A stretch of 64,000 bases of DNA from Planctomycetota bacterium (lineage in GTDB: Bacteria; Planctomycetota; B15-G4), in the NCBI GenBank assembly GCA_036274635.1, contig DASUFI010000217.1:266-64265 (forward strand), in the 5' to 3' direction. The notes under the pieces were generated by a model, which ran no database searches, had not been told where the DNA came from, and was given only the letters and a program-made list of their open reading frames with translations. Shown here piece after piece: positions 1 through 9,070 of the stretch. Position 1 is the stretch's first letter. Each line of letters starts with the position of its first letter. The position numbers and the translations under genes were made by a program.

Positions 1-1020
1 CCGCTCGTCGGCGACCCCATCGGCCGGCAGGCGCTGCTGGACGAGCTGGCGGCCGAGATGATCGACGCCATGCCCGAGCAGCTCATCGCGCTTGGCGAGG
101 CGGAGCTGGCCTTCTGCGTGGACGAGATGAAGAAGGCCTCGGCCGAGATGGGCCTGGGCGACGACTGGAAGGCCGCGCTGGCGCAAGTGAAGGAGCAGCA
201 CGTGCCGCCCGGCCAGCAGGACGACCTCGTGGCCTCGCAGGCCCGCGAGATGCTGGCCTTCCTCGACGACCACCAGCTCGTGACCGTGCCGCCGCTGTGC
301 CGCGACACCTTCCGCTTTACCATGATCGACGAGGGCGTGCAGAAAACGCTGCCCTACGCGGCCTACGGCGGGCAGGAGATGCTCGTCGCCTACCCGACGC
401 GCACCATGGACAACGACCAGAAGCTGCAGTCCATGCGCGGCAACAACGAGCACTTCTCGCGCATCGTCACGCCGCACGAGCTCATCCCGGGCCACCACCT
501 GCAGGGCTACTCGGCCGAGCGCTACGCGACGCAGCGCGGCTTCGCCTCCACGCCCTTCCTCGGCGAGGGCTGGTCGCTGTACTGGGAGCTGCGGCTCTGG
601 GACCTCGGCTGGGCGCAGGGCCCCGAGGACCGCCTGGGCATGCTCTTCTGGCGCGCGCACCGCGCGGCGCGCATCGTGGTCTCGCTGAAGTTCCACCTGG
701 GAGAGATGACGCCGCAGGAGATGATCGACTATCTCGTCGACCGAGTGGGGCACGAGAAGGCGGGGGCGACGTCGGAGGTGCGCCGCTACATCGGCGGCGA
801 TTATGGGCCCCTGTACCAGTGCGCCTACTTGTGCGGAGGGCTGCAGCTGCTCGCGCTGCACGACGACGTGGTTGGCGCGGGGAAGATGAGCGAGCGCGAG
901 TTCCACGACGCGGTGCTGCGGCAGGGCAGCATTCCGATCGCGCTGATTCGCGCCGCGCTGACGGACGAGCCGCTGAGCAAGGACAAGCCGCCACGGGGGA
1001 CGGTGAAGCGGCGGGGGTGA
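1..1020 (+). CDS. DUF885 family protein (5' partial, extends beyond window start)
   Basis: Frame 1 is open from base 1 with no stop before the ATG at 58. It carries the HELIPGHH motif typical of DUF885 and has ordinary composition. The stop is at 1018-1020. Confidence 0.7.
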   Translation, partial: PLVGDPIGRQALLDELAAEMIDAMPEQLIALGEAELAFCVDEMKKASAEMGLGDDWKAALAQVKEQHVPPGQQDDLVASQAREMLAFLDDHQLVTVPPLCRDTFRFTMIDEGVQKTLPYAAYGGQEMLVAYPTRTMDNDQKLQSMRGNNEHFSRIVTPHELIPGHHLQGYSAERYATQRGFASTPFLGEGWSLYWELRLWDLGWAQGPEDRLGMLFWRAHRAARIVVSLKFHLGEMTPQEMIDYLVDRVGHEKAGATSEVRRYIGGDYGPLYQCAYLCGGLQLLALHDDVVGAGKMSEREFHDAVLRQGSIPIALIRAALTDEPLSKDKPPRGTVKRRG

Positions 1021-1035
1021 GCCGTTCGCTGCGTC

Positions 1036-2436
1036 TTAGGGCGCGTAGCGGCGCAGGACGTGCCAGGCGATGGTCATCCCGTGCACGTCCTCCGCAACGG
1101 GGCGGAAAGCCACGAGCAAGTCGTGCTTCCCCGTGTGAATGGAGCGCAGCAGGTAGGTGTGATCCACGATCGCAGGAACCTGACCGCAGACCGTGCACAC
1201 GCGCTCGCCGGCGTCATCCGCCTGTAGCTCATCCCACCTTCGCAGCTGCGACAGCGTGAGATCGACCGGCGGATGGGCGAGGTCCACCGTGGCCAGATCC
1301 ACGTCGCCGAGATCGAGAAAGGCGCCCGCGCCAGGGTTGCTGATCCCCGTGAAGAAGTGCTTCAGCTTCCATTGCAGGTCGGGCTCCTCGTCGATGCTGT
1401 GACCGTGCGTAACAAAGGAGTAGTACGAGTTGCCACCGGGAGCCTCCGCAAGCCAGTCGTACTCGCCGTTCGGCAGTAGCTGCATCACGCCGGCGTCCGC
1501 GCCGCGGATCACGCCGACCGGCTCGTTCGCCCAGGCCGAGGGAACCGCGAATAGGCGCGCCTCGGAGCGCCGCAGGAGGCCGGTCGCGAGCGCGGCCAGC
1601 CTCTCGCCGTCGCACTGCAGCAGCCAGTCCGGCGCGCCCGCGCTCGAGAAGTCGCGCCGCGGCCGCGTCTCGCTGCGGCGGCCCGCCGTCGACCAGGTCT
1701 TGAGCACGTGGCCCACGAGCACGACCGACTGTGGCGTCGCCTCCATGACCGTGAAGGCCGCGAGCAAATCGTGCTCGCCAGGCAGGATCGCGCGTAGCAA
1801 GTAGCTGTGGCCGGCCAAGGCCGGCGCCCGGCCGATGTCTTCGGTGCCGAGGGCCTCGCACAAGGCCTCATCAGGCCGGCTGTCCTGCGACGCGAACGAC
1901 CATAGGACCTCGCACTGCCTGGCGACTGCAGGATCGAACTCCGATGGCGGCGCCTGCGGTCGGAAGCCGGCGAGGGGAACGGAGCCCAAATCAAGCACTT
2001 GCCCCGTGCTCCCTCCATAGAAGCCCGTGCCGAGAGAGCCCTGCTCGTACGAGAGGTCCGGCTCCCGATCGTAGTCGTGGTCGTCCGTCGCGAAGGAGTA
2101 GTACGCGCCGCCACCGCGCTTGGGCGGAACGTCGTGCAACCCCCGTGCGAGGAGGCGCACGACCTTCGCGTCTGGGACGGTCAGCACCTCCGCGTATTTC
2201 TGCTGCCAGTCGGCCGGTGGGGCCAGCAGTTGCTCGGTGGCTCGCGCGCCGGCCTGACGCGTCAGCGCGAGCAGGGCCTCGATGTCGAGGCTGTCGAAGT
2301 CTGGCGCACCCTGCGGCGCGAGTTGGGGCCCGGAACCGGCCCAAGCCACGAGGAGCGCGAACGCGAGCGATCCGAGGATCCGGTAGCACGCCAGCGATTG
2401 GCCTGTCCCACGAGGCATCGACGGAATCGTACTCAT
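1036..2436 (-). CDS. Secreted two-repeat protein, paralogous to the C-terminal ectodomain of the upstream BlaR1-like sensor
   Basis: The true start is the ATG at 2436 (MSTIPSMPRG..., hydrophobic signal peptide LACYRILGSLAFALLVAWA); the upstream part of the track ORF is Arg-rich junk. It has two internal repeats carrying GGAYYSFATDDHDYDREPDL and GNSYYSFVTHGHSIDEEPDL. The sequence aligns along its length with residues ~520-960 of the 2445..4835 product. It lies 8 nt downstream of that gene's stop. Confidence 0.7.
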   Translation of the reverse strand: MSTIPSMPRGTGQSLACYRILGSLAFALLVAWAGSGPQLAPQGAPDFDSLDIEALLALTRQAGARATEQLLAPPADWQQKYAEVLTVPDAKVVRLLARGLHDVPPKRGGGAYYSFATDDHDYDREPDLSYEQGSLGTGFYGGSTGQVLDLGSVPLAGFRPQAPPSEFDPAVARQCEVLWSFASQDSRPDEALCEALGTEDIGRAPALAGHSYLLRAILPGEHDLLAAFTVMEATPQSVVLVGHVLKTWSTAGRRSETRPRRDFSSAGAPDWLLQCDGERLAALATGLLRRSEARLFAVPSAWANEPVGVIRGADAGVMQLLPNGEYDWLAEAPGGNSYYSFVTHGHSIDEEPDLQWKLKHFFTGISNPGAGAFLDLGDVDLATVDLAHPPVDLTLSQLRRWDELQADDAGERVCTVCGQVPAIVDHTYLLRSIHTGKHDLLVAFRPVAEDVHGMTIAWHVLRRYAP

Positions 2437-2444
2437 GAACCGGC

Positions 2445-4835
2445 TCAGCGCCGTGTCGGCGTCGGGTAGCGCTGCAGCAGGCGCCACGCGATGGTGACGC
2501 CGTCGTCCGTCTGCTCGACCGGCCGGAAGGCAGCGAGCAGGTCGTGCTCGTCCGGCATCGACGACCTCACGATGTAGCTGTGGTCGAGCACCACCGGCAC
2601 GCGCCCCAGGCGGCGCTCGTCCTGAGTCAGCGCCGGAGCGTGGAAGAGGTTCCACGTCCGCAGCTGCTCCTCGTTCAGCCGCGGCGGCGGGTTGTCGGGG
2701 TCCAGGTCCGCGAGAGCGACGTCGCCGACGTCGAGCAGCGCGCCCACCGTGCCGCCGTAGAAGCCGGAGCTGAACCGGTCGCCCGCCAGCTCCAGGTCGG
2801 GCTCGTCGTCGTAGCTGTGGCTGCCGGTCGCGAAGGAGTAGTAGCAGCCGGCGCCGCGCGTAAGCAGGACTCCGTCGTAGCGTCCCCGCTGCAATAGGCG
2901 GGTGATGCCGACGTCCTTCGGCGGACCGAGTCCGGTGGAGGCCCTGATGGCCGCGGACGACACGCCGAGCAGCCGCCGCTCGATCAGGCCCGCGAGGGTT
3001 CCCTGCAGCGCGAAGAGGCTCGGGCCATCGAGCTGCGTCAGCCAGGGCGGAGCGCCCTCGCTCGACCATTCGACGCGCGGCCGGACCTCAGCTTTCGGCG
3101 ACTTCACGGGCCAGGTCTTCAGCTCGCGTCCGACGAGCACGATGGACTCGGGCTGGACCTGCACGAGCGTGAACGCGACGAGGTGATCCTGCCGACCGGG
3201 CTGGATCGTGCGCTGCAGGTAGGTGTGGCCGGCCGTGGCGGTCGCGCGGCCGACGTCGGACTGCGGGATACCGATGGCGGCGATGAATGCGTCGTCTGCG
3301 CGGCCGGTGCCGGCCGGCACGTGGGACGCAAGGAACGAGCACAGTCTCGCCGACTCGGGGTCCAGTCCGGGAAGGTGTAGGTCCGCCGTCACGCTGCCGA
3401 GAGGCACCACGCCGAGGTCCAGGATGTGTCCCGTGTTGTCGCCGGCGAAGGCTGTCCTGATCTCGCTGCCCTCGTAGCCGATGTCCGGGTCTCGCTGGTA
3501 GTCGTGATCGTCGTTCGCGAACGAGTAATAGGCCCCGCCCTGGTCCTTCGGCGAGAGATCGTGGTGGAGCTGGCGCTGCAGCACGCGCGCGATCTTCGTC
3601 CCGGGCACCGCGAGGTCTCTGGCGTAGAGCGTCTCCCAGCCCTCGGGCAGGGCCAGCAGCCGCTCGGTGGCGATCGCGCAGGACTGCTTGCGCAGCGCGA
3701 TGAGCGTGGCGGTGTCGAGCCCATCGAGATCGGGCTTGCCGTCGGCCGTCAGCCGCACGCCGGGGCCGGCCCACGCCAGCAGCAGCACCGCACCGCCGAG
3801 CGCGGCCGTGAGCGCCACTGTCCTGCGCCGCGCTTCCGGCTCGGCGAGCAGCCGTTCCACGCGCTGCAGCAGCACGCCCTTCTCGTTGCCGAGGCACGGC
3901 ACCGGCAGCGGGCGCTGCGCGGCGCGCGACCAGCGCGCGACCGTCTCCAGCCCCTGCGCCAGCTCCAGCCGCGCGCCGGTGCGCTCGCCGGCCCAGTCGT
4001 CGCAGAGCAGCTCGGCGTCCTGCGCGAGGCGCCGGCGGGCGAGGCGGTTCAGCGGCTGCGCGAAGAGCAGGCACTCCAGCAGCCCGCAGGCGCGCAGCCA
4101 GAACAGGTCGCCGCGGCGGACGTGCGCGACCTCGTGCGCCAGGATCGCTGCGAGCTCCTGGCGCGGCAGCTCCTCCACCACGCGACGCGGCAGGCAGATC
4201 TCGCCCGGCCCCAGCACGAGCGGCGTGGACAGCTCGTCCACCAGCGTGAGCCGCGGGCGCCGGCGCAGCTCGTCGTCGCTGCACAGATCGGCGAGCAAGT
4301 CGAGCGCGACGCCCTTGCGGACCGTGCGACGCGAGGCGAGCCGGGCCTTCAGGTGGCGCAGCGCGACGGCGCGGCGCGTCAGCAGGATGGCCGCGCCCGC
4401 CGCCCAGACCGCGATGACGGCGATGGCGATCCAGTTTCGCGGCGGCGCGACGACGACCTGCCTGCTCGGCTCCTCGCGCGGCGGCGCAACCGGCACGTCG
4501 GAGGTGGCCGGCGCGCTCGGGTTGACGATCAGCGTGGTCATCGTCTGCGAGCTGCCCGCCCCTTTGCCCGGCGAGGCCGGCGCCGCGTCCGGAGACGGGA
4601 CCATCCCGGCCCGCAGGCTCGGCGACAGATCCAGCACCGGCCGCGCGCCGGACGGCAGCAGCCAGCCGACGCTCGCCGTGAGCAGCGGCGCGGTCAGGGC
4701 GATCTTCCAGACCCGCTCGCGCGCCGCCGGATCGCGCAGCCGCCCTACGAACGCCAGCGCGCCGAGCAGCAGCAGCGTGCTCTGGACCAGGTAGGTCGCC
4801 AGCCAGCTCGTCGCGCCCAGGATCCACACGCTCAT
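2445..4835 (-). CDS. BlaR1/MecR1-like M56 family signal-transducing peptidase with a non-canonical C-terminal repeat sensor domain
   Basis: The start ATG at 4835..4833 (MSVWILGATSWLATYLV...) overlaps the blaI-like stop by ATGA. The N-terminal transmembrane helices are followed by the zinc-peptidase motif HEVAHVRRGD. A further transmembrane segment is followed by a ~440-aa domain with two repeats (GGAYYSFANDDHDYQRDPD and GCYYSFATGSHSYDDEPDL) in place of a penicillin-binding sensor domain. The first ~170 codons of the track ORF are antisense junk. Confidence 0.8.
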   Translation of the reverse strand: MSVWILGATSWLATYLVQSTLLLLGALAFVGRLRDPAARERVWKIALTAPLLTASVGWLLPSGARPVLDLSPSLRAGMVPSPDAAPASPGKGAGSSQTMTTLIVNPSAPATSDVPVAPPREEPSRQVVVAPPRNWIAIAVIAVWAAGAAILLTRRAVALRHLKARLASRRTVRKGVALDLLADLCSDDELRRRPRLTLVDELSTPLVLGPGEICLPRRVVEELPRQELAAILAHEVAHVRRGDLFWLRACGLLECLLFAQPLNRLARRRLAQDAELLCDDWAGERTGARLELAQGLETVARWSRAAQRPLPVPCLGNEKGVLLQRVERLLAEPEARRRTVALTAALGGAVLLLAWAGPGVRLTADGKPDLDGLDTATLIALRKQSCAIATERLLALPEGWETLYARDLAVPGTKIARVLQRQLHHDLSPKDQGGAYYSFANDDHDYQRDPDIGYEGSEIRTAFAGDNTGHILDLGVVPLGSVTADLHLPGLDPESARLCSFLASHVPAGTGRADDAFIAAIGIPQSDVGRATATAGHTYLQRTIQPGRQDHLVAFTLVQVQPESIVLVGRELKTWPVKSPKAEVRPRVEWSSEGAPPWLTQLDGPSLFALQGTLAGLIERRLLGVSSAAIRASTGLGPPKDVGITRLLQRGRYDGVLLTRGAGCYYSFATGSHSYDDEPDLELAGDRFSSGFYGGTVGALLDVGDVALADLDPDNPPPRLNEEQLRTWNLFHAPALTQDERRLGRVPVVLDHSYIVRSSMPDEHDLLAAFRPVEQTDDGVTIAWRLLQRYPTPTRR

Positions 4836-5284
4836 GATTTCCCTCCTCGCCCTCGCCCCTTGCTGTGGTTCGTCGCGCCGTTCTGCCGACGGCGCTCCGC
4901 GATGAGCCTCGACACGCGGTCCAGCTCGTCGTCGCCGATGGCCTCGCTCTCGATGAGCCGGCAGACGAGCGCCGCGGCGTCGCCGCCGAAGACGCGCTGC
5001 GCTAGGTCGTCCAGCATCGTCTCGCTGGCCCGCTCGTGGCTGACCCGCGCCGTGTAGCAGAACTGCCGGCCGCGCTTGCTGCGCTCGACGACGCCGCGCG
5101 CCTCGAGGCGCGTGAGCACCGTGGCGACCGTGCTGGGCGTCAGGCTCCGCGTTCGCCTGAGCACGCCGTGCACGTCGAGCACGGTCGCGCCGGGCTGCTG
5201 CCACAGCACGTTCAGGATCGCGAGCTGCAGCTCGGAGAGCGGGCCGCTCTCGGGATCGCGGCGTGGACGCTTCGCAGTGGACAT
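4832..5284 (-). CDS. BlaI/MecI/CopY family transcriptional repressor
   Basis: It is 150 aa with a winged-helix N-terminus (LSELQLAILNVLWQQPGATVLDVHGVL...TVATVLTRLEARGVVERSKRGRQFCY) and a C-terminal dimerisation helix. It is translationally coupled (ATGA) to the M56 peptidase gene. Confidence 0.85.
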   Translation of the reverse strand: MSTAKRPRRDPESGPLSELQLAILNVLWQQPGATVLDVHGVLRRTRSLTPSTVATVLTRLEARGVVERSKRGRQFCYTARVSHERASETMLDDLAQRVFGGDAAALVCRLIESEAIGDDELDRVSRLIAERRRQNGATNHSKGRGRGGKS

Positions 5285-5323
5285 CGCGTGGTTCTCCAGG
5301 ATCGTGCGGCGCGAACGTCCGCG

Positions 5324-5794
5324 CTACTTCGCCCACTCCGCCGAGCTGTCGACGTAGAGCGCCGCCTTGCGCAGATTCTTCACGGGCACGTCATCGGGCG
5401 ACTGGAACAGCATCGCCGTGCCGCCGCCACCGACGGGCTTCACCGAGAGGGTCGAGCCGTCGGCGAGCGTGAAGACCAGGTGCAGGTCAGCGTAGGGCGC
5501 GTCGATGAAGGCGTTGGGCGTGTTGAGCCCGACGAACACTCCGAGGGCCGGTCGGTCGAGACCGACGATGAGGGCGCCGCCCTGGACCGTGTCGCTGACG
5601 CGGAAGCCGATGCTGCTCGCGCCTGGCGCGCCGTCGCGGGGTCCGCGCTCGATGGCGTACTGGGACACGTCCTGCTGGAACAGGAGGCGGCCCTCCTCAC
5701 CCGCTGCCTGATGCGCGCCGGAAGCCGGGACGACGAGCAGACCGAGGACAGAGAGGCATCCTGCGACGACCACGGCCATCGTGTCGGACTTCAT
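5324..5794 (-). CDS. Small secreted hypothetical protein
   Basis: The start ATG is at 5794, with GGGAG 9 nt upstream. It has a signal peptide (MKSDTMAVVVAGCLSVLGLLVVPASGA) and non-biased composition. It sits upstream of, and in the same orientation as, the blaI-like gene. Confidence 0.55.
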   Translation of the reverse strand: MKSDTMAVVVAGCLSVLGLLVVPASGAHQAAGEEGRLLFQQDVSQYAIERGPRDGAPGASSIGFRVSDTVQGGALIVGLDRPALGVFVGLNTPNAFIDAPYADLHLVFTLADGSTLSVKPVGGGGTAMLFQSPDDVPVKNLRKAALYVDSSAEWAK

Positions 5795-5834
5795 GGGTTG
5801 GCTCCCTCGGGGCGGGCTGATTTCGACAGGCGTA

Positions 5835-5863
5835 GAATTACGACAGTTGTAGAAGTTCGTCAA
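5835..5863 (-). promoter_or_regulatory. Candidate sigma70-type promoter for the 5794 gene
   Basis: On the minus strand TTGACG (5863..5858) is followed by a 17-nt spacer and TAATTC (5840..5835), about 40 nt upstream of the ATG. This is a locally AT-rich patch in a GC-rich intergenic region. Confidence 0.3.
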
Positions 5864-5940
5864 GCCCTGTCTTCGGCCTCGAGGCCCCGGCTTTTCCCGA
5901 GAGGCACTCCGCATTGACGGTCCGCCCGCAGCCCCGGAGC

Positions 5941-6972
5941 ATGCCGACCATGCCTGCCCCCGACGTCGCCCCCGTCCTCCAGACCGCCTTCGGCTTCTGG
6001 TCCTCCAAGGTCCTGCTCACCGCGGTCGAGATGCGGCTGTTCACGGTGCTCGGCTCGCGCCGCCTCACCGGCGGCCAGCTGGGCGCCGAGCTGAAGCTGC
6101 ACCCGCGCGGGATCGCGGACTTCCTCGACACGCTCGTGGCGCTGGGCTTCCTCGACCGCGACGGCAGCGGCCCGGAGGCACGCTACGCGAACAACGAGCT
6201 GGGCTCGACCTACCTCGACGAGGCCAGCGCGCGCTACGTGGGCGGCATCCTGACCATGCTCAACGTGCGCCTGTTCCGCTACTGGAACGACCTGCCCGAG
6301 GCGCTGCGCACCGGCCGCCCGCAGAACGAGACGAAGAGCGGCGGCAAGAACGCCTTCGACGAGCTCTACTCCGACCCGGTGCGGCTGGAGCAGTTCCTCA
6401 ATGCGATGACCGGCCTGTCGCGCATCAACTTCGAGGCGTTTGCGCAACGCTTCGACTTCAGGCCGTTCAAGTCGCTGTGCGACGTGGGCGGGGCCACGGG
6501 CCTGCTGTGCTGCGAGGTCGCCAAGCGGCACCCGCACCTGCAGTGCACGTCCTTCGACCTGCCGGTCGTGGAGCCCGTCGCCAGCAAGGCCATCGCCGCG
6601 CGCGGGCTCGCGGGCCGCGTGCGCACGGCGGCGGGCGACTTCTTCGAGGACCCGCTGCCGCGCGCCGACCTCATCACGATGGGCATGATCCTCCACGACT
6701 GGAACCTGGAGAAGAAGCTGCACCTCATCCGCGCGGCCTACGACGCGCTGCCGCCGGGCGGCGCGCTGGTCGCGATCGAGGCGCTCATCGACGACGAGCG
6801 CCGCAAGAACGCCTTCGGCCTGCTCATGTCGCTCAACATGCTCATCGAGTTCGGCGACGCCTTCGACTACAGCGGCGCGGACTTCCGCGGCTGGTGCACG
6901 CAGGTGGGATTCAGGCGCTGCGAGGTGCTGCCGCTGGCCGGGCCGTCGAGCGCCGCCATCGCGTGGAAGTGA
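5941..6972 (+). CDS. Class I SAM-dependent O-methyltransferase (COMT/Methyltransf_2-like, with N-terminal dimerisation domain)
   Basis: It has the SAM-binding region LCDVGGATGLLCCEVAKRHP, together with DLPVV and GGALVAIEALIDD motifs. The likely start is the ATG at 5941 with GGAG 4 nt upstream; the track ORF begins at an upstream TTG at 5914. Confidence 0.8.
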   Translation: MPTMPAPDVAPVLQTAFGFWSSKVLLTAVEMRLFTVLGSRRLTGGQLGAELKLHPRGIADFLDTLVALGFLDRDGSGPEARYANNELGSTYLDEASARYVGGILTMLNVRLFRYWNDLPEALRTGRPQNETKSGGKNAFDELYSDPVRLEQFLNAMTGLSRINFEAFAQRFDFRPFKSLCDVGGATGLLCCEVAKRHPHLQCTSFDLPVVEPVASKAIAARGLAGRVRTAAGDFFEDPLPRADLITMGMILHDWNLEKKLHLIRAAYDALPPGGALVAIEALIDDERRKNAFGLLMSLNMLIEFGDAFDYSGADFRGWCTQVGFRRCEVLPLAGPSSAAIAWK

Positions 6973-7050
6973 GCGCCCGCGTCGAGCAGGCGGCTCCAAG
7001 CCGAGGTACAAGGAGGGGCCCGCTCCCTCGCCTCCCCACCCGGAATCCCC

Positions 7051-8013
7051 ATGCGCCTCGCCCCGAGCCTGCTCGCCGCCTGCCTGTGTGCGGCCCTCGC
7101 CCCCTCCGCCGGCGCCACGATCGTCAAGGTCACGATCCACGGCACCGTCGCCTTCAACTCGATCACCAAGGCGCCGTTCACCCAGGTGAAGACGGGCGAT
7201 GGCGCCGTGCTCTCCTTCCTGCTCGACAGCGGCAGCTTCGTCGACAGCCCGAGCTTCCCGACGCGCGGGTACGTGATCGACCAGTCCAGCTGCACGCTGG
7301 CCTTCCCCACCGCGACGGTGCCGCTGCAGTCACCCTTCCCCGCGGGTCAGACGCCGTACTTCGTCATCCGCAACAACGACCCGGCCGTGGATGGCTTCTT
7401 CATCTCGACGGACGTGGACGGGCCGACCAGCCTGCCGCTCGCGCCCGTGGGCTCCTTCGGGCACTTCGCCGACGCCTTCCACGTCACCTACGAGGGCAGC
7501 ACGCTCGCGTCGCTCGACCTGCTCGGCGCGCTGGGCAGCTACGACTACACCGGCCTCACCGTCTTCGGCTGGTCGGTGGACGACGGCCCCTTCGACCCGC
7601 TGGGCATCGACTTCGTGTCGATGACGATCGAGACCGCGGTCCCGACCTGGACCGACGAGGGCCACGCGCTGGCGGGCGTCGCGGGCAAGCCCGTGTTCAC
7701 GGGCAGCGGCAGCCTCGCCGGCGGCAGCGCCAACTCGCTCGCGCTCGCGAGCGCCGCGCCGGGCGCGCTGGCCGGGCTGATCGTGGGCCTCACGAGCGCG
7801 AGCCTGCCCTTCAAGGGTGGCACGCTCGTGCCCGCTCCGGACGTCGGGCCGGTGCTGGTGCCGGTCAGCGGCGCGGGCACGATCGCGCTGCCCTTCACGA
7901 TGCCGGCGGGCCTGCCCGCGGGCACCTCGCTGTGGATGCAGTGGGCGGTCCCGGACGTCGCCGCCGTGCACGGTGTCGCGCTCAGCAATGCGCTGCTGGG
8001 GCAAACGCCCTGA
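7051..8013 (+). CDS. Secreted hypothetical protein
   Basis: It has a signal peptide (MRLAPSLLAACLCAALAPSAGA), a Gly/Ser/Thr/Ala-rich low-Arg composition and no recognisable motif. Confidence 0.6.
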   Translation: MRLAPSLLAACLCAALAPSAGATIVKVTIHGTVAFNSITKAPFTQVKTGDGAVLSFLLDSGSFVDSPSFPTRGYVIDQSSCTLAFPTATVPLQSPFPAGQTPYFVIRNNDPAVDGFFISTDVDGPTSLPLAPVGSFGHFADAFHVTYEGSTLASLDLLGALGSYDYTGLTVFGWSVDDGPFDPLGIDFVSMTIETAVPTWTDEGHALAGVAGKPVFTGSGSLAGGSANSLALASAAPGALAGLIVGLTSASLPFKGGTLVPAPDVGPVLVPVSGAGTIALPFTMPAGLPAGTSLWMQWAVPDVAAVHGVALSNALLGQTP

Positions 8014-8031
8014 TGCCGGGGGTGCCGCGCC

Positions 8032-8487
8032 TCAGTGCGGCTTCCTCCCGCCCTGGCCCTCGCGCCGTGCCACCTCGCCCACGCCCGTGTCCTCGACGCC
8101 GTGCTTCAGCTCGTCGCGCGCGCGACGGGCGAGCAGCTGGTAGTCGTGCCGGATCTTGGTCAGCTGAATCTCGTCCAGCTCCTCGAGGTCGAGCAGCGCG
8201 TTGTGCGCGCCGTCCAGCGCGCGGATGAGCTCGTCCAGCTTCACGTGCAGCGCCTCGGAGTCGCGGTACTGCGCGTTCTGGATGAGGAAGACCATGAGGA
8301 AGGTCACGATGGTCGTGCCGGTGTTGATCACGAGCTGCCATGTGTCGCTGTACTGGAAGAGCGGGCCCGTCACGAGCCAGACGAGGACGACCACCACGGC
8401 GATGAGGAAGGCGGCCGGGCTGCCCGTGCGTCGCGAGACGCCCGAGGCGAAGCGCGTGAAGCGGGAGGCCGAGCGGGACGGGCGCAT
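8032..8487 (-). CDS. Low-affinity iron permease family membrane protein (Iron_permease/DUF1003-like)
   Basis: The conserved core TWQLVINTGTTIVTFLMVFLIQNAQ has two transmembrane helices and is followed by a coiled C-terminus. Confidence 0.7.
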   Translation of the reverse strand: MRPSRSASRFTRFASGVSRRTGSPAAFLIAVVVVLVWLVTGPLFQYSDTWQLVINTGTTIVTFLMVFLIQNAQYRDSEALHVKLDELIRALDGAHNALLDLEELDEIQLTKIRHDYQLLARRARDELKHGVEDTGVGEVARREGQGGRKPH

Positions 8488-8550
8488 GCGACGACTCCGG
8501 TGAGGGCTGCCGGAAGGTAGCGCGGCGCGCCCCGCCCCACCGCAAGGACC

Positions 8551-9021
8551 TCAGGCCGCCTGCGCCTGCGCGCCTCCCGCGCGGGCGAGGCGCGAGATGG
8601 CCGCGTAGGCCGCGGCACCCGCCATGCCCGCCGCGATGTCGCGCAGCGTGTCGCCGCCCGCCGAGGGACCGAGCACGCCGTGAATGCGCGCCATGACGCA
8701 CTCGGCGAACTCCCACAGGACCGCGACCGTGGTCGTGAGCGTCACGATGCCCACGGCGCGGACCAGCGCCCGCGTGCGACCGCGCAAGGTGTCGAGCACC
8801 GGCCCGAGCGCCACGCCGACGAGGTGCGCCACGGCCAGCCCGCCCAGCATGTGCGTGGCCACGTTGAGGGGTGCCCAGTTCACCGCGGGGCCGATGCGAG
8901 CCCGCAGCACCAGGTGGCCGAGGAGGACGGTGGCGGGAAAGGCGGCGGCGCGCAGCAGCGGCAGGCGGACGTTCACGGAGGGCTCCCGGGGAATCCGTGC
9001 ATCAACCGCGCTGCGGGTCAT
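8551..9021 (-). CDS. Hypothetical membrane protein
   Basis: It has three or four hydrophobic helices and lies directly downstream of modC in the same orientation. There is no family motif and the start is uncertain. Confidence 0.4.
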   Translation of the reverse strand: MTRSAVDARIPREPSVNVRLPLLRAAAFPATVLLGHLVLRARIGPAVNWAPLNVATHMLGGLAVAHLVGVALGPVLDTLRGRTRALVRAVGIVTLTTTVAVLWEFAECVMARIHGVLGPSAGGDTLRDIAAGMAGAAAYAAISRLARAGGAQAQAA

Positions 9022-9070
9022 GGGTGATGCGGCCGGACGATGTCGCGGAGCCGACCCGGTCCCGGGCCGC

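Noticed and set aside
297-1259. Long Arg/Ala/Pro/Gly-rich ORFs overlapping the DUF885 gene in other frames and on the other strand (297..1259 +, 482..1198 -)
   Set aside because: They have extreme Arg/Pro/Ala composition and no motifs, and are out of frame with a convincing DUF885 ORF. They are typical high-GC frame artefacts.
3088-5057. 579-aa minus-strand ORF 3088..4827 and 543-aa plus-strand ORF 3426..5057
   Set aside because: One is off-frame and one antisense to the BlaR1-like gene. Both are Arg/Ala/Gly/Pro-rich with no signal or motif.
5860-8228. 426-aa ORF 5860..7140 (-) and 583-aa ORF 6477..8228 (+)
   Set aside because: One is antisense and one off-frame to the O-methyltransferase and secreted-protein genes. 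Their composition is junk-like.
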